32,000 bases of DNA, taken from contig JAXMEL010000002.1 in assembly GCA_046348365.1 (NCBI GenBank), positions 251,960-283,959 of the forward strand, in the 5' to 3' direction. Each line of letters starts with the position of its first letter. Positions within the stretch are counted from its first letter, which is position 1. The translations under genes were made by a program, and so were the position numbers. Positions 17,493 through 24,998 of the stretch are shown in pieces. The notes under the pieces were generated by a model that saw nothing but the letters and a program-made list of their open reading frames with translations, had not been told where the DNA came from and did no database searches. This DNA is from Burkholderiaceae bacterium (GTDB lineage: Bacteria; Pseudomonadota; Gammaproteobacteria; Burkholderiales; Burkholderiaceae_C).

Positions 17493-18935
17493 ATGGCCCC
17501 GGCCCGACCCCTCGCGACCGGCGCGCCGCGCCTGGCGCTTGCCCGCTCGCTCGGGCTGCTGGCGGCGATGGCGGCGCTGTCGCTGTGGGCGCTGGTGATC
17601 GACCGGCGCTTCGCCTACATCCTCGTGTACGCCTGGTTCGGCGTCGGCTACGGCCTGTTGCTGCAGTACGGTCGCTTCTGCATGGCCTCGGCGGTGCGCG
17701 ACCTGTTCGCGGTGCGCGTGCCACGCATGGCGGTGGCGATGATGATCGCGGTCGCGCTGTACGCGCTGGTGGCCGCCGGCGTCGGGCTGGCCGGACTGAG
17801 CACGTTCCACCCCAACCCGCTGGGCTGGCACATCGTCGTGGGCGCGACGATCTTCGGCTTCGGCATGGTGTTCACCGGCGGCTGCGCGTCGGGTTCGCTG
17901 TACAAGGCGGGCGAGGGCAACCTCGGCTCGGCGCTGGTGATCGTCGCGATCTCGTTCTCGCAGGCGCTGGTGGTCACCGCCGGCGGCTGGGCCGACGCGC
18001 TCGCACCGGCGTCGTGGACCGCGTCGGCGCGAGCCAAGGAGATGCCGGCCGAGCTCACCGTCACGCAAGGCTGGTTCGACCTCTTCACCGCCGGCTATGT
18101 GTGGGACCTGAAGGCGACGACCGCAGCGCAGGCGCTCGGCGTGGCCGAATCGCCGCTGCTGGCCGCCGCTGTCAACTTGCTGCTGGTGGCCCTGCTGCCG
18201 GTGGGACTGGTGTTGCTCGCGCTGTACGCGGTGTATTTCCGCCCCGGCTACATGCGCCGCGAGCGCATCGCCGCGCCGACGCTGCGCCAGCACGCACGCG
18301 GCCTGTGGGCGATGGCCACCTCGTCGCGCAACACCTCGATCGCCGGCGTCGGGCTCGGCGTGCTCGCCGGCGCGCACATGTGGGCCACCGGCGTGATGCG
18401 CGAGCATTTCGGCGTGGGCAATTTCGGCGAGCTGCTGGCGGCGATGAACCGGCGCGACGGCCTGTCGATCCAGGATACGGTGTTCGACCCCGGCTACTGG
18501 TACATCACGACCCAGGAAGCGCAGTGGGGCGGCTGGCTGCTCGAGCGGCTCGGGCTGACGATGCGCGACAACCTGTACTTCGGCCTCGACAACGGCCTGC
18601 CCAACCCGCTGCTCAATGCACCCGGCTTCATGTCGGTCGGCATCATCGTCGGCGCGGCGGCGATGGCGATGGCGCGGCGCGAGTTCAAGTGGAAGACGCC
18701 GTCGCTCGAGACGGCGTTGTTCGCGCTCGCCGGCGGCGCGCTGATGGGCCTGGGCGCACGCGTGGCGATGGGCTGCAACATCGGCGCGTTCTTCGCCACC
18801 GTGACCAACGGCGACCCCAGCGGCTGGCTGTTCCTGGCCGGCATGGCGCTCGGCGCCTGGCTCGGTGTGAAGGTCTTCACCTGGTGGGTCGATTGGCAGT
18901 CGGCGCGGCGCGGCGACGAACTGTCGCTGTCCTGA
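17493..18935 (+). CDS. YeeE/YedE-family (TsuA-like) sulfur-compound transporter, two fused sulf_transp halves
   Basis: The 480-aa polytopic product starts at ATG 17493, or possibly GTG 17484. It carries conserved Cys motifs (GRFCMASAVRDLF, FTGGCASGSLYKAGEG, AMGCNIGAFF). Confidence 0.8.
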   Translation: MAPARPLATGAPRLALARSLGLLAAMAALSLWALVIDRRFAYILVYAWFGVGYGLLLQYGRFCMASAVRDLFAVRVPRMAVAMMIAVALYALVAAGVGLAGLSTFHPNPLGWHIVVGATIFGFGMVFTGGCASGSLYKAGEGNLGSALVIVAISFSQALVVTAGGWADALAPASWTASARAKEMPAELTVTQGWFDLFTAGYVWDLKATTAAQALGVAESPLLAAAVNLLLVALLPVGLVLLALYAVYFRPGYMRRERIAAPTLRQHARGLWAMATSSRNTSIAGVGLGVLAGAHMWATGVMREHFGVGNFGELLAAMNRRDGLSIQDTVFDPGYWYITTQEAQWGGWLLERLGLTMRDNLYFGLDNGLPNPLLNAPGFMSVGIIVGAAAMAMARREFKWKTPSLETALFALAGGALMGLGARVAMGCNIGAFFATVTNGDPSGWLFLAGMALGAWLGVKVFTWWVDWQSARRGDELSLS

Positions 18936-18992
18936 GGCGCGGCCGAGCGAGCGCCATCCGCCAGGGCCACACAACAGCGAAGGAGCAGCGAA

Positions 18993-19244
18993 GTGACGGT
19001 GTCCTTCACCCAGACCGCCGACGGCCAGTGGAAGCTCGACGTGTGCGGCTACTCGTGCCCGCATCCGCAGCTCTACACCAAGAAGGCGATGCAGAAGCTC
19101 GCCAGCGGCGACACGCTGACCGTGGTGTTCGACAACCCGTCGTCCGGCGAGTCGATTCTGGCGATGTGCGAGGCCGACGGCAACGACATCGTCGAGCGCA
19201 CCGACAGCGGTGGCCAGTACGTCTGGACGATCCGCAAGGCCTGA
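18993..19244 (+). CDS. Second TusA/YedF-like sulfur-carrier protein
   Basis: The start is GTG 18993. The 83-aa product contains LDVCGYSCPHPQLYTKKAM (CPxP signature). Confidence 0.75.
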   Translation: MTVSFTQTADGQWKLDVCGYSCPHPQLYTKKAMQKLASGDTLTVVFDNPSSGESILAMCEADGNDIVERTDSGGQYVWTIRKA

Positions 19245-19249
19245 AAGCG

Positions 19250-19558
19250 ATGCTGTTCGGCCTGATCGTCACCGACCAGCGGCACGCCGGCCACGCGGCC
19301 GGACTGTTGGCCGCGGCCGCGGCGCGCGGCTGGGACGCGCGTTGCTTCCTGACCGACTCGGGCGTGCTGGCGCTGAGCGATGAAGCCTTCATGGCGCAGG
19401 CGAGCGCGCGCCCCAACACCGTGGCGGCGTGCAAGCACAGCCTGGATCACCTGGCGCCGCAGTTCGATGCGGGCTCGGTCAAGGGCACGGTGGTCATCGG
19501 CGGCCAGTTCCAGGGCGCGAAGCTGACGCAGTCGGCCGACGCGGTGCTGGTGCTCTGA
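19250..19558 (+). CDS. DsrE/DsrF-like small protein
   Basis: The ATG lies 5 nt after the preceding stop. The 102-aa product has an N-terminus (MLFGLIVTD...) and C-terminus (...SADAVLVL) in the DsrE/F/H pattern. An internal Cys is present (VAACKHS). GC3 is high. Confidence 0.55.
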   Translation: MLFGLIVTDQRHAGHAAGLLAAAAARGWDARCFLTDSGVLALSDEAFMAQASARPNTVAACKHSLDHLAPQFDAGSVKGTVVIGGQFQGAKLTQSADAVLVL

Positions 19559-19578
19559 ACAGGAAGGCGAGACGCGCG

Positions 19579-19836
19579 ATGGCCAAGCGGATCCTGGTGG
19601 CGGCGATCGACAAGCCGGTGGAGGCGCTGCGCGTCGCCGCCGGCCTGACGCTCATCGACGCCTCGCTGAGCGTCGCGCTGTGGGGCCCGATGCCCACCGG
19701 CGAGGCGGCACAGGCGCAACTCGAGGCGCTGCAGTTCGCCGAGGTGCCGGTCGACGAGCTGCCCGCAGCAACAGGCGAACGCTGGCTCGAGCTGGCGCGG
19801 CGCATCGTCGCGAGCGACGCGGTGTACTGCCTATGA
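19579..19836 (+). CDS. Small DsrH/TusB-like protein (tentative)
   Basis: The 85-aa product begins MAKRILVAAIDKPVEALRVAAGL and ends ...ASDAVYCL, resembling the DsrF/H family ends. GC3 is high. Confidence 0.4.
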   Translation: MAKRILVAAIDKPVEALRVAAGLTLIDASLSVALWGPMPTGEAAQAQLEALQFAEVPVDELPAATGERWLELARRIVASDAVYCL

Positions 19837-20042
19837 CGAAGGCCGCGAAAGTGTTGATCGTGCACACGGCGTCGGGCGCGCCCGACGCCGGCCCGGGGCA
19901 CCCGCTGGCGCAGGCGCTGGCGCAGCTCGGCGCGTCGGTACGCGAGCTGCCGCTGGCCGCGCCGTACGACGCGCTGCTCGACGCGATCGCCGACGGCTGG
20001 ATGCCGGTGGCCTGCAAGTCGCCCGGCGCGGCACCGCCATGA
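19833..20042 (+). CDS. Small hypothetical protein (69 aa), possibly third member of a DsrEFH-like trio
   Basis: The start shares an ATGA overlap with the previous stop. The product begins MTKAAKVLIVHTASG and contains ...WMPVACKSP. GC3 is very high, supporting coding. I recognise no family. Confidence 0.35.
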   Translation: MTKAAKVLIVHTASGAPDAGPGHPLAQALAQLGASVRELPLAAPYDALLDAIADGWMPVACKSPGAAPP

Positions 20043-20095
20043 GTCGAACGAGGCGCGGCGACGCGCTCATCCCACCCCTGCAGGAGAACGCACCC

Positions 20096-21574
20096 ATGCA
20101 ACAACGAGTCTGGACCCTGCTGATGCTGGCCGGCAGCGCCGCGCTGGCGCTGACGCTGCACGGCTGCGGCGGCGGCGCGGCCGAGAGCAACTCGGTCGCC
20201 AGCCGCATCAAGGTGAACTCACCGGCGCAGCTCGCCCAGACGTCGGCCGACAGCTACGACGACAACGTCGACGGCATCGTCACCGGCGCCACGCTGAAGC
20301 GCTGGATGTCCGACTGGCCGCGCCAGCGGCCGGCCGGCGTGAGCGGCAAGCTGGTCATCTTCCAGGCCACCGCCGGCCCGGCAGGCGCCGAGTACATCAA
20401 GCCCGACGGCGTCAATGTCTTCACCTATCTCTCGCCCAGCAGCGAGTGGATCCAGACGCGCCGCAACGGCGTGATCGAGACGCCGAGCATGGTGCCCGAC
20501 GGCGCGACGATGGACGCCCTGCTCAAGAAGTACAACATCGATCCCGAGCGCGACATGATCGTCGCGGCGATGGGCACCGGCAGCACCGCCAACGCGATGG
20601 GGCAGGGCCGGATCTGGTACGCGCTGCGCTACTGGGGCATGGACCGCTCGCACCTCGCCGTGCTCAACGGCGGCAACCAATGGCTCAACGGCAACGGCAT
20701 GGCCACCGCCGATTTCCAGGCCACCGCGTCGGTCGCACCCAACAGCGGCACGGCGAGCGTCAAGAGCCTGCTGGTGGACAACACGCAGCTCCAGGCCACG
20801 ATGCAGGACCTGCTGGCCGCGCTGCCCGGCGGCGACTACAACGTCAAGAACGACGGCGTGCTGATCTGGGACGCGCGCAGCCTCGGCCAGTACAGCGCCG
20901 GCATGATGGTCGAGCGCGGCGAGGACGTCGACCCCAACACCGCCGGCGCGCAGCCCTGCACCACGGCCTACTGCACGCCCACCGACACGTCCAACTACAA
21001 GTGGACGTTCCAGAACAACGGGTCGCGCCAGGGCCATCCGTGGGGCACGCTGCAGCTGCAGTACACCAACCTGCTCGATTCGACCAAGGGCTTCGGCTAC
21101 CGGCCGAAGTCGGTGCTGGCCGCGTACCTCAGCGGCGCACCCGACGCCAACGGCATCGGCTTCGTCGATTCCAGCTATGCGCTCGTCGGCGCCGGCAACG
21201 CCTACCAGGAAGGCGACACGATCTACGTCTATTGCGAAACCACCTTCCGCGCGATGATCACGGGCATCACCAGCGCCGTGATCCTCGGCAAGCCGACGCG
21301 CTTCTACGACGGCGCGATGGTCGAGTGGAACTCGCTGTCCTATATCGCCGACAACAAAGGCAATGCGATCCTGCCGGCCAACTCACACTGGCGCACCGAC
21401 CTGCGCTCGTACTTCCGGCCCGCGCCGAGCTCCGCCGATGTCGCACCGCGCACGATCGTCGGTCCCTACGCCAACTCGGCGCAGGCGATCGTCAACGCCG
21501 ACAAGACCTACAAGACCGGCGAGAGCGACAGCTCCGACGGCGGCGGCCTGCCCTCCAACCCCTGCGGCGGCTGA
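20096..21574 (+). CDS. Tandem-rhodanese lipoprotein (ExtH-like)
   Basis: AGGAGA lies 8 nt upstream of the ATG. The product has a signal plus lipobox (LALTLHGC). The first rhodanese-like domain lacks a catalytic Cys (RIWYALRYWGMDRSHLAVLNGG). The second has an active-site loop (YVYCETTFRA) and FYDGAMVEWNS. The product is 492 aa. Confidence 0.7.
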   Translation: MQQRVWTLLMLAGSAALALTLHGCGGGAAESNSVASRIKVNSPAQLAQTSADSYDDNVDGIVTGATLKRWMSDWPRQRPAGVSGKLVIFQATAGPAGAEYIKPDGVNVFTYLSPSSEWIQTRRNGVIETPSMVPDGATMDALLKKYNIDPERDMIVAAMGTGSTANAMGQGRIWYALRYWGMDRSHLAVLNGGNQWLNGNGMATADFQATASVAPNSGTASVKSLLVDNTQLQATMQDLLAALPGGDYNVKNDGVLIWDARSLGQYSAGMMVERGEDVDPNTAGAQPCTTAYCTPTDTSNYKWTFQNNGSRQGHPWGTLQLQYTNLLDSTKGFGYRPKSVLAAYLSGAPDANGIGFVDSSYALVGAGNAYQEGDTIYVYCETTFRAMITGITSAVILGKPTRFYDGAMVEWNSLSYIADNKGNAILPANSHWRTDLRSYFRPAPSSADVAPRTIVGPYANSAQAIVNADKTYKTGESDSSDGGGLPSNPCGG

Positions 21575-21646
21575 GCGGCAGCATGTGGCAACTGCACGGC
21601 CTGCACGGCCCGCGCGGCACGCCGCAGCGCGCGCGTCGGAGCCTGC

Positions 21647-22891
21647 ATGATGGCTGTGCCGCTGCCGCAGCGCCGGCTGGCCGTGCGAGCCCTGCTGCTG
21701 GCGCGACTGGCGCTGCTGGCGACGCTCATCCTGCCGGCGGGCTGCCAGCGCACCGATCCGGCGGCGCTGGAGCGCTTCGTCGACGCGCATTGGGCCGATC
21801 CGCTGCCGCCGCAGGGTGCGCCGCCGCCGTCGTTCAGCGCGCTCGAGGCATCGCTGTCGCCGCAGGCCTGCGGCCAGTGCCACCCGGCGCAGTGGCGCGA
21901 CTGGCAGACCAGCCTGCACAGCCGCAGCGTCGGGCCCGGGCTGACGTGGCAGCTTCACCTGCTCGACCAGGGCCGTGCCAACCGCTGCCTGCGCTGCCAC
22001 GCACCGCTGGCCGAGCAGAAGGCGCTGCTCGCGCGCGAGCATGGCTGGCCGGCGCAGCCGGCTGGGCCGCCGCCGGCCTACGTCGAAGCGACGCTGGCGC
22101 ACCAGGGCTTGGTGTGCGCGGCGTGCCACGTGCGCGGCCATCGCCGCTACGGGCCGCCGGCGCGCACGCGCGCGGACGCCAGCTCGCACGACGGCTTCGT
22201 GGCGACCGATGGGTTCAGCGACAGCCGCTTCTGTGCCGCGTGCCACCAGTTCCAGAACGACGGCCCGCGCGTGGCCGGCAAGCTGCACGAAGACACCTAT
22301 GCGCAGTGGCAGGCGAGCGGCATGGCCGGCGGGCAAAGTTGTCAGTCGTGCCACATGCCCGACCGTCGCCACCTCTGGCGCGGCATCCACGATGCCGAGA
22401 TGACGCGTCGCGCGATCGACGTGCAGCTCACTGTCGAGGCCGTGGCACCGGGGCGCTTCGAGGCGCGAGCGACGGTGCGCAACATCGGCGCGGGACACCA
22501 CTTCCCCACCTACATGGTGCCCAAGGTCGAACTGCAGTTCGTGCGCGTGGAGCGCGACGGACGAACCACCGAGCTCGGCCGGCAGGTGATCGGCTGGAGC
22601 GTGGATACCGCGATCACGCGCGAGATCGAAGACACACGCATTCCGGCCGGGCAATCGCGCCGCTTCGTACAGCGCTTCGATGCGCCGGCGGCCGCCGGCT
22701 GGAGCGTGGAGTTGCGCATCTCGGTGCATCCGGGCGAGCACTACGAGCGCACGTTCCGCGACAGTCTGGCTCGCGCGCAGCGGCTGCCTGCTGCGGCGCG
22801 GCCGTTGCTCGAGGAAGCGCTGCGCCGCGTGCAGGCGACGCGCTACGAACTGATGCGGCTGCGCCAGCGACCGAACGGCAACGGGTCTTGA
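21647..22891 (+). CDS. Pentaheme c-type cytochrome, probable lipoprotein (ExtK-like)
   Basis: GGAG lies 5 nt upstream of the ATG. The N-terminus carries a signal with LILPAGC. Five CxxCH motifs are present (CGQCH, CLRCH, CAACH twice, CQSCH). The product is 414 aa. Confidence 0.8.
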   Translation: MMAVPLPQRRLAVRALLLARLALLATLILPAGCQRTDPAALERFVDAHWADPLPPQGAPPPSFSALEASLSPQACGQCHPAQWRDWQTSLHSRSVGPGLTWQLHLLDQGRANRCLRCHAPLAEQKALLAREHGWPAQPAGPPPAYVEATLAHQGLVCAACHVRGHRRYGPPARTRADASSHDGFVATDGFSDSRFCAACHQFQNDGPRVAGKLHEDTYAQWQASGMAGGQSCQSCHMPDRRHLWRGIHDAEMTRRAIDVQLTVEAVAPGRFEARATVRNIGAGHHFPTYMVPKVELQFVRVERDGRTTELGRQVIGWSVDTAITREIEDTRIPAGQSRRFVQRFDAPAAAGWSVELRISVHPGEHYERTFRDSLARAQRLPAAARPLLEEALRRVQATRYELMRLRQRPNGNGS

Positions 22892-22922
22892 GGAGCCGGC
22901 GGCGCGCGCCGGCGCTGCCGCG

Positions 22923-23279
22923 ATGATGCAACGCACCGTCGCCGGCGGCCGCTCGGCCATCGTGTGGGTCGTGCTCGCCGCGTCCGTGGCGCAGAGCGCA
23001 TTCGTCGCCACGGCTGCGGCCCAAGGCCTGCCGACGCCGGAAGCGGCCGCCTCCGCCGCCGTCATGCCACCCGCCGCGGCGCCGGCGTCGCGGTTGAAGT
23101 ACCGATCCAAAGGCCCGGTGTGCGCCTGCTCGTCCGATCTCGACGAGGCCGCGATCGAGCGCGCCCTGGCCGCGCGCTTCGGCGCGAGCGCCGCCACGCC
23201 GTCGCCTGGCAGCGCGCCAGCGCCGCCGCGCCGAGCGGCATCCCGTCCACCACTGCAACCACAGGAGCAGCGTCGATGA
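22923..23279 (+). CDS. Small exported Ala/Pro-rich protein with CAC motif (ExtJ-like position)
   Basis: The product has a signal peptide (IVWVVLAASVAQSAFVATAAAQG). GC3 in this frame is clearly higher than in the alternative open frame. Its stop shares an ATGA overlap with the next gene. Confidence 0.5.
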   Translation: MMQRTVAGGRSAIVWVVLAASVAQSAFVATAAAQGLPTPEAAASAAVMPPAAAPASRLKYRSKGPVCACSSDLDEAAIERALAARFGASAATPSPGSAPAPPRRAASRPPLQPQEQRR

Positions 23280-23800
23280 CACGCCACAGCGAGAGCACTT
23301 CGGGGGAGACCGCACGAGCCCGGCAACGGCCGCGTCGGCGAGCGCGAGCGCGCAGCCTGGGCACCGTCTGCTTCAGCGTGCTGTTGGCGCTGCTGCTGTG
23401 GTCGGCCGGGTTCGATCGCCGCGACGCCGACGCGCGCGCCGACGCCGCCGGTTGGGGTGGCGAGGCCGCGCAGGCCCTGGCCGAAGACCCGCTGCACTGG
23501 CTGCCGATCACGCCGGCCAACGCCTGCGGGCTGGGCGCATCGAGCTGCTTCAAGTGCCACAACGGCAAGCGTGCCGCGGCGCCCGCGGCCGACCCGGCCA
23601 AGGCGCCGTGGCACGTGCACCACGCCAAGGTCAACAACTCATGCGCGGGCTGCCACAAGGGCAACCCGCGCGTGATGAAGGAAGACATCGCGCACACCAA
23701 GATGCTGGCCAAGCCACGCGACGATTCGGGCGGCGCTTGCAGCGGCTGCCACGCCTCCGACCTCGCCAAGGTCCAGACCGCCTACACCGGAGGGAAGTGA
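23276..23800 (+). CDS. Triheme c-type cytochrome with N-terminal membrane anchor/signal (ExtL-like)
   Basis: AGGAG lies 8 nt upstream of the ATG. An Arg-rich N-tail is followed by one hydrophobic segment (LGTVCFSVLLALLLWSAGF). Three CxxCH motifs are present (CFKCH, CAGCH, CSGCH). The product is 174 aa. Confidence 0.75.
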   Translation: MTRHSESTSGETARARQRPRRRARARSLGTVCFSVLLALLLWSAGFDRRDADARADAAGWGGEAAQALAEDPLHWLPITPANACGLGASSCFKCHNGKRAAAPAADPAKAPWHVHHAKVNNSCAGCHKGNPRVMKEDIAHTKMLAKPRDDSGGACSGCHASDLAKVQTAYTGGK

Positions 23801-23801
23801 G

Positions 23802-24998
23802 ATGAGCCACCACACCGCAACGAGGCGTCCGGCCGTTCCCGGCCGGGCCGCACGCAAGGCCCTCTTGCTCGCCGCGGCCGCGCTGCCGCTCGGCGCTGCG
23901 GCCGGGCCGACGATCGAGTTCGGCTCGGGCAGCAACCTGAACATCACCTATTCGCTGCAGGGCTGGCTGCAGGGCCGCGGCTTCACGTCGTCGGACAACG
24001 GCGCGCGCTCATGGGACATGTTCCTGCGCCGCAACCGGCTCACCTTCAGCGGCCAGTACAACGACCAGATCGGCTTCTACGCCCAGCTCGAGGCCAGCGG
24101 CGACAGCCGCGGCGGCGCCGACGACCGCAGCGTGTTCTTCCGCGACGCCTACATCAGCTTCGACTACAGCGACGAGCTGCGCTTCATCGCGGGGCGGTTC
24201 AAGAATGCTTTCTCGCGCGAAAACCTCGAGGCCTGCCTCGAGCCGCTGACGATGGACCGCGCCGAGGTGCTCTCCTACACGCCGTTCGCCGGCACGCGCG
24301 ACACCGGCGTCGCCGTTTGGGGCAACCTGTTCAATGCGCGTGTGCAGTACCGCCTGATGGTGGCCGACGGCCGCGAAGGCAGCTACGTGCCCAAGGACAG
24401 CCCGCGCGTGACGGGGCGCGTGCACGTGAGCCTGTGGGACCCGGAGTTCAACTACGGCTACCTCGGCACCTACCTCGGCACGCAGAAGGTGCTGACGATC
24501 GGCGCCGCCTACGACACCCAGAAGGACGTGGCGTGGGCCAACTACCTCTCGCGCGCCGACGTCAAGAGCTACAAGGCCACGACGCTCGACGCCTTCATGG
24601 AGCTGCCGCATGCCACCGGCGTCTACACGCTGTCGGCGGCAACCTTCAAGTACGACACCGGCGGCGCCTTCGGCCAGTCGCCCGACCCCGAGCTGAACGC
24701 CAACTCCGATCTGAAGGGCTGGTATCTCAAGGCCGGCTACATGCTGCCGTCGAAGGTCGGCCCGGGCCGGCTGCAGCTCTTCGGGCGCCACGAGCGGCTC
24801 GACTACGCCGTGAAGACCGGCATCGCGCAGTACTACGACAACACCTGGAACAGCCTCGGCGCCCACTACTACTTCGACGGCCAGCGCATCAAGGTCAGCG
24901 CCGAGCTGGCCAAGGTCCGCTTCGACACGCCGCACCCGCTCAACCAGGCGCTGCGCGACTACCGGCAGGCTACACTGGGTGTGCAGTTGATCTTCTGA
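23802..24998 (+). CDS. Outer-membrane beta-barrel porin (OprO/P-like or ExtI-like)
   Basis: The ATG lies 1 nt after the previous stop. A signal peptide ends ...LPLGAAAG. The sequence shows alternating amphipathic beta-strand patterning with many Y/F/G/N/D residues. The C-terminus is ...TLGVQLIF, with a terminal Phe. The product is 398 aa. Confidence 0.75.
   Translation: MSHHTATRRPAVPGRAARKALLLAAAALPLGAAAGPTIEFGSGSNLNITYSLQGWLQGRGFTSSDNGARSWDMFLRRNRLTFSGQYNDQIGFYAQLEASGDSRGGADDRSVFFRDAYISFDYSDELRFIAGRFKNAFSRENLEACLEPLTMDRAEVLSYTPFAGTRDTGVAVWGNLFNARVQYRLMVADGREGSYVPKDSPRVTGRVHVSLWDPEFNYGYLGTYLGTQKVLTIGAAYDTQKDVAWANYLSRADVKSYKATTLDAFMELPHATGVYTLSAATFKYDTGGAFGQSPDPELNANSDLKGWYLKAGYMLPSKVGPGRLQLFGRHERLDYAVKTGIAQYYDNTWNSLGAHYYFDGQRIKVSAELAKVRFDTPHPLNQALRDYRQATLGVQLIF

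Noticed and set aside
21586-21609. A tandem 9-mer (ctgcacggc twice, 21592-21609) overlaps a weak sigma54-like match (TGGCAA-N5-CGGC, 21586-21600) in the 72-nt gap before the pentaheme gene.
   Set aside because: There are only two short repeat units, and the -12 element deviates from TTGC. In GC-rich DNA this is within chance expectation. It is worth a look only if an internal transcript start is mapped here.
22889-23278. The pentaheme and triheme genes share a reading frame, and the frame stays open between them apart from TGA 22889-22891. That TGA is followed after 3 nt by a strong hairpin (22895-22913, gccggcg-gcgcg-cgccggc). This raised the idea of a selenocysteine read-through giving a fused ExtKL-type (seleno)cytochrome.
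   Set aside because: The roughly 128 intervening codons translate to Arg-rich junk with poor GC3. The overlapping frame (22923-23279) has a signal peptide, much better GC3 and an ATGA coupling to the triheme gene. The hairpin is closer to the UGA than a bacterial SECIS usually is. It could be settled by checking for selA/selB/selC/selD in the genome and by proteomics.
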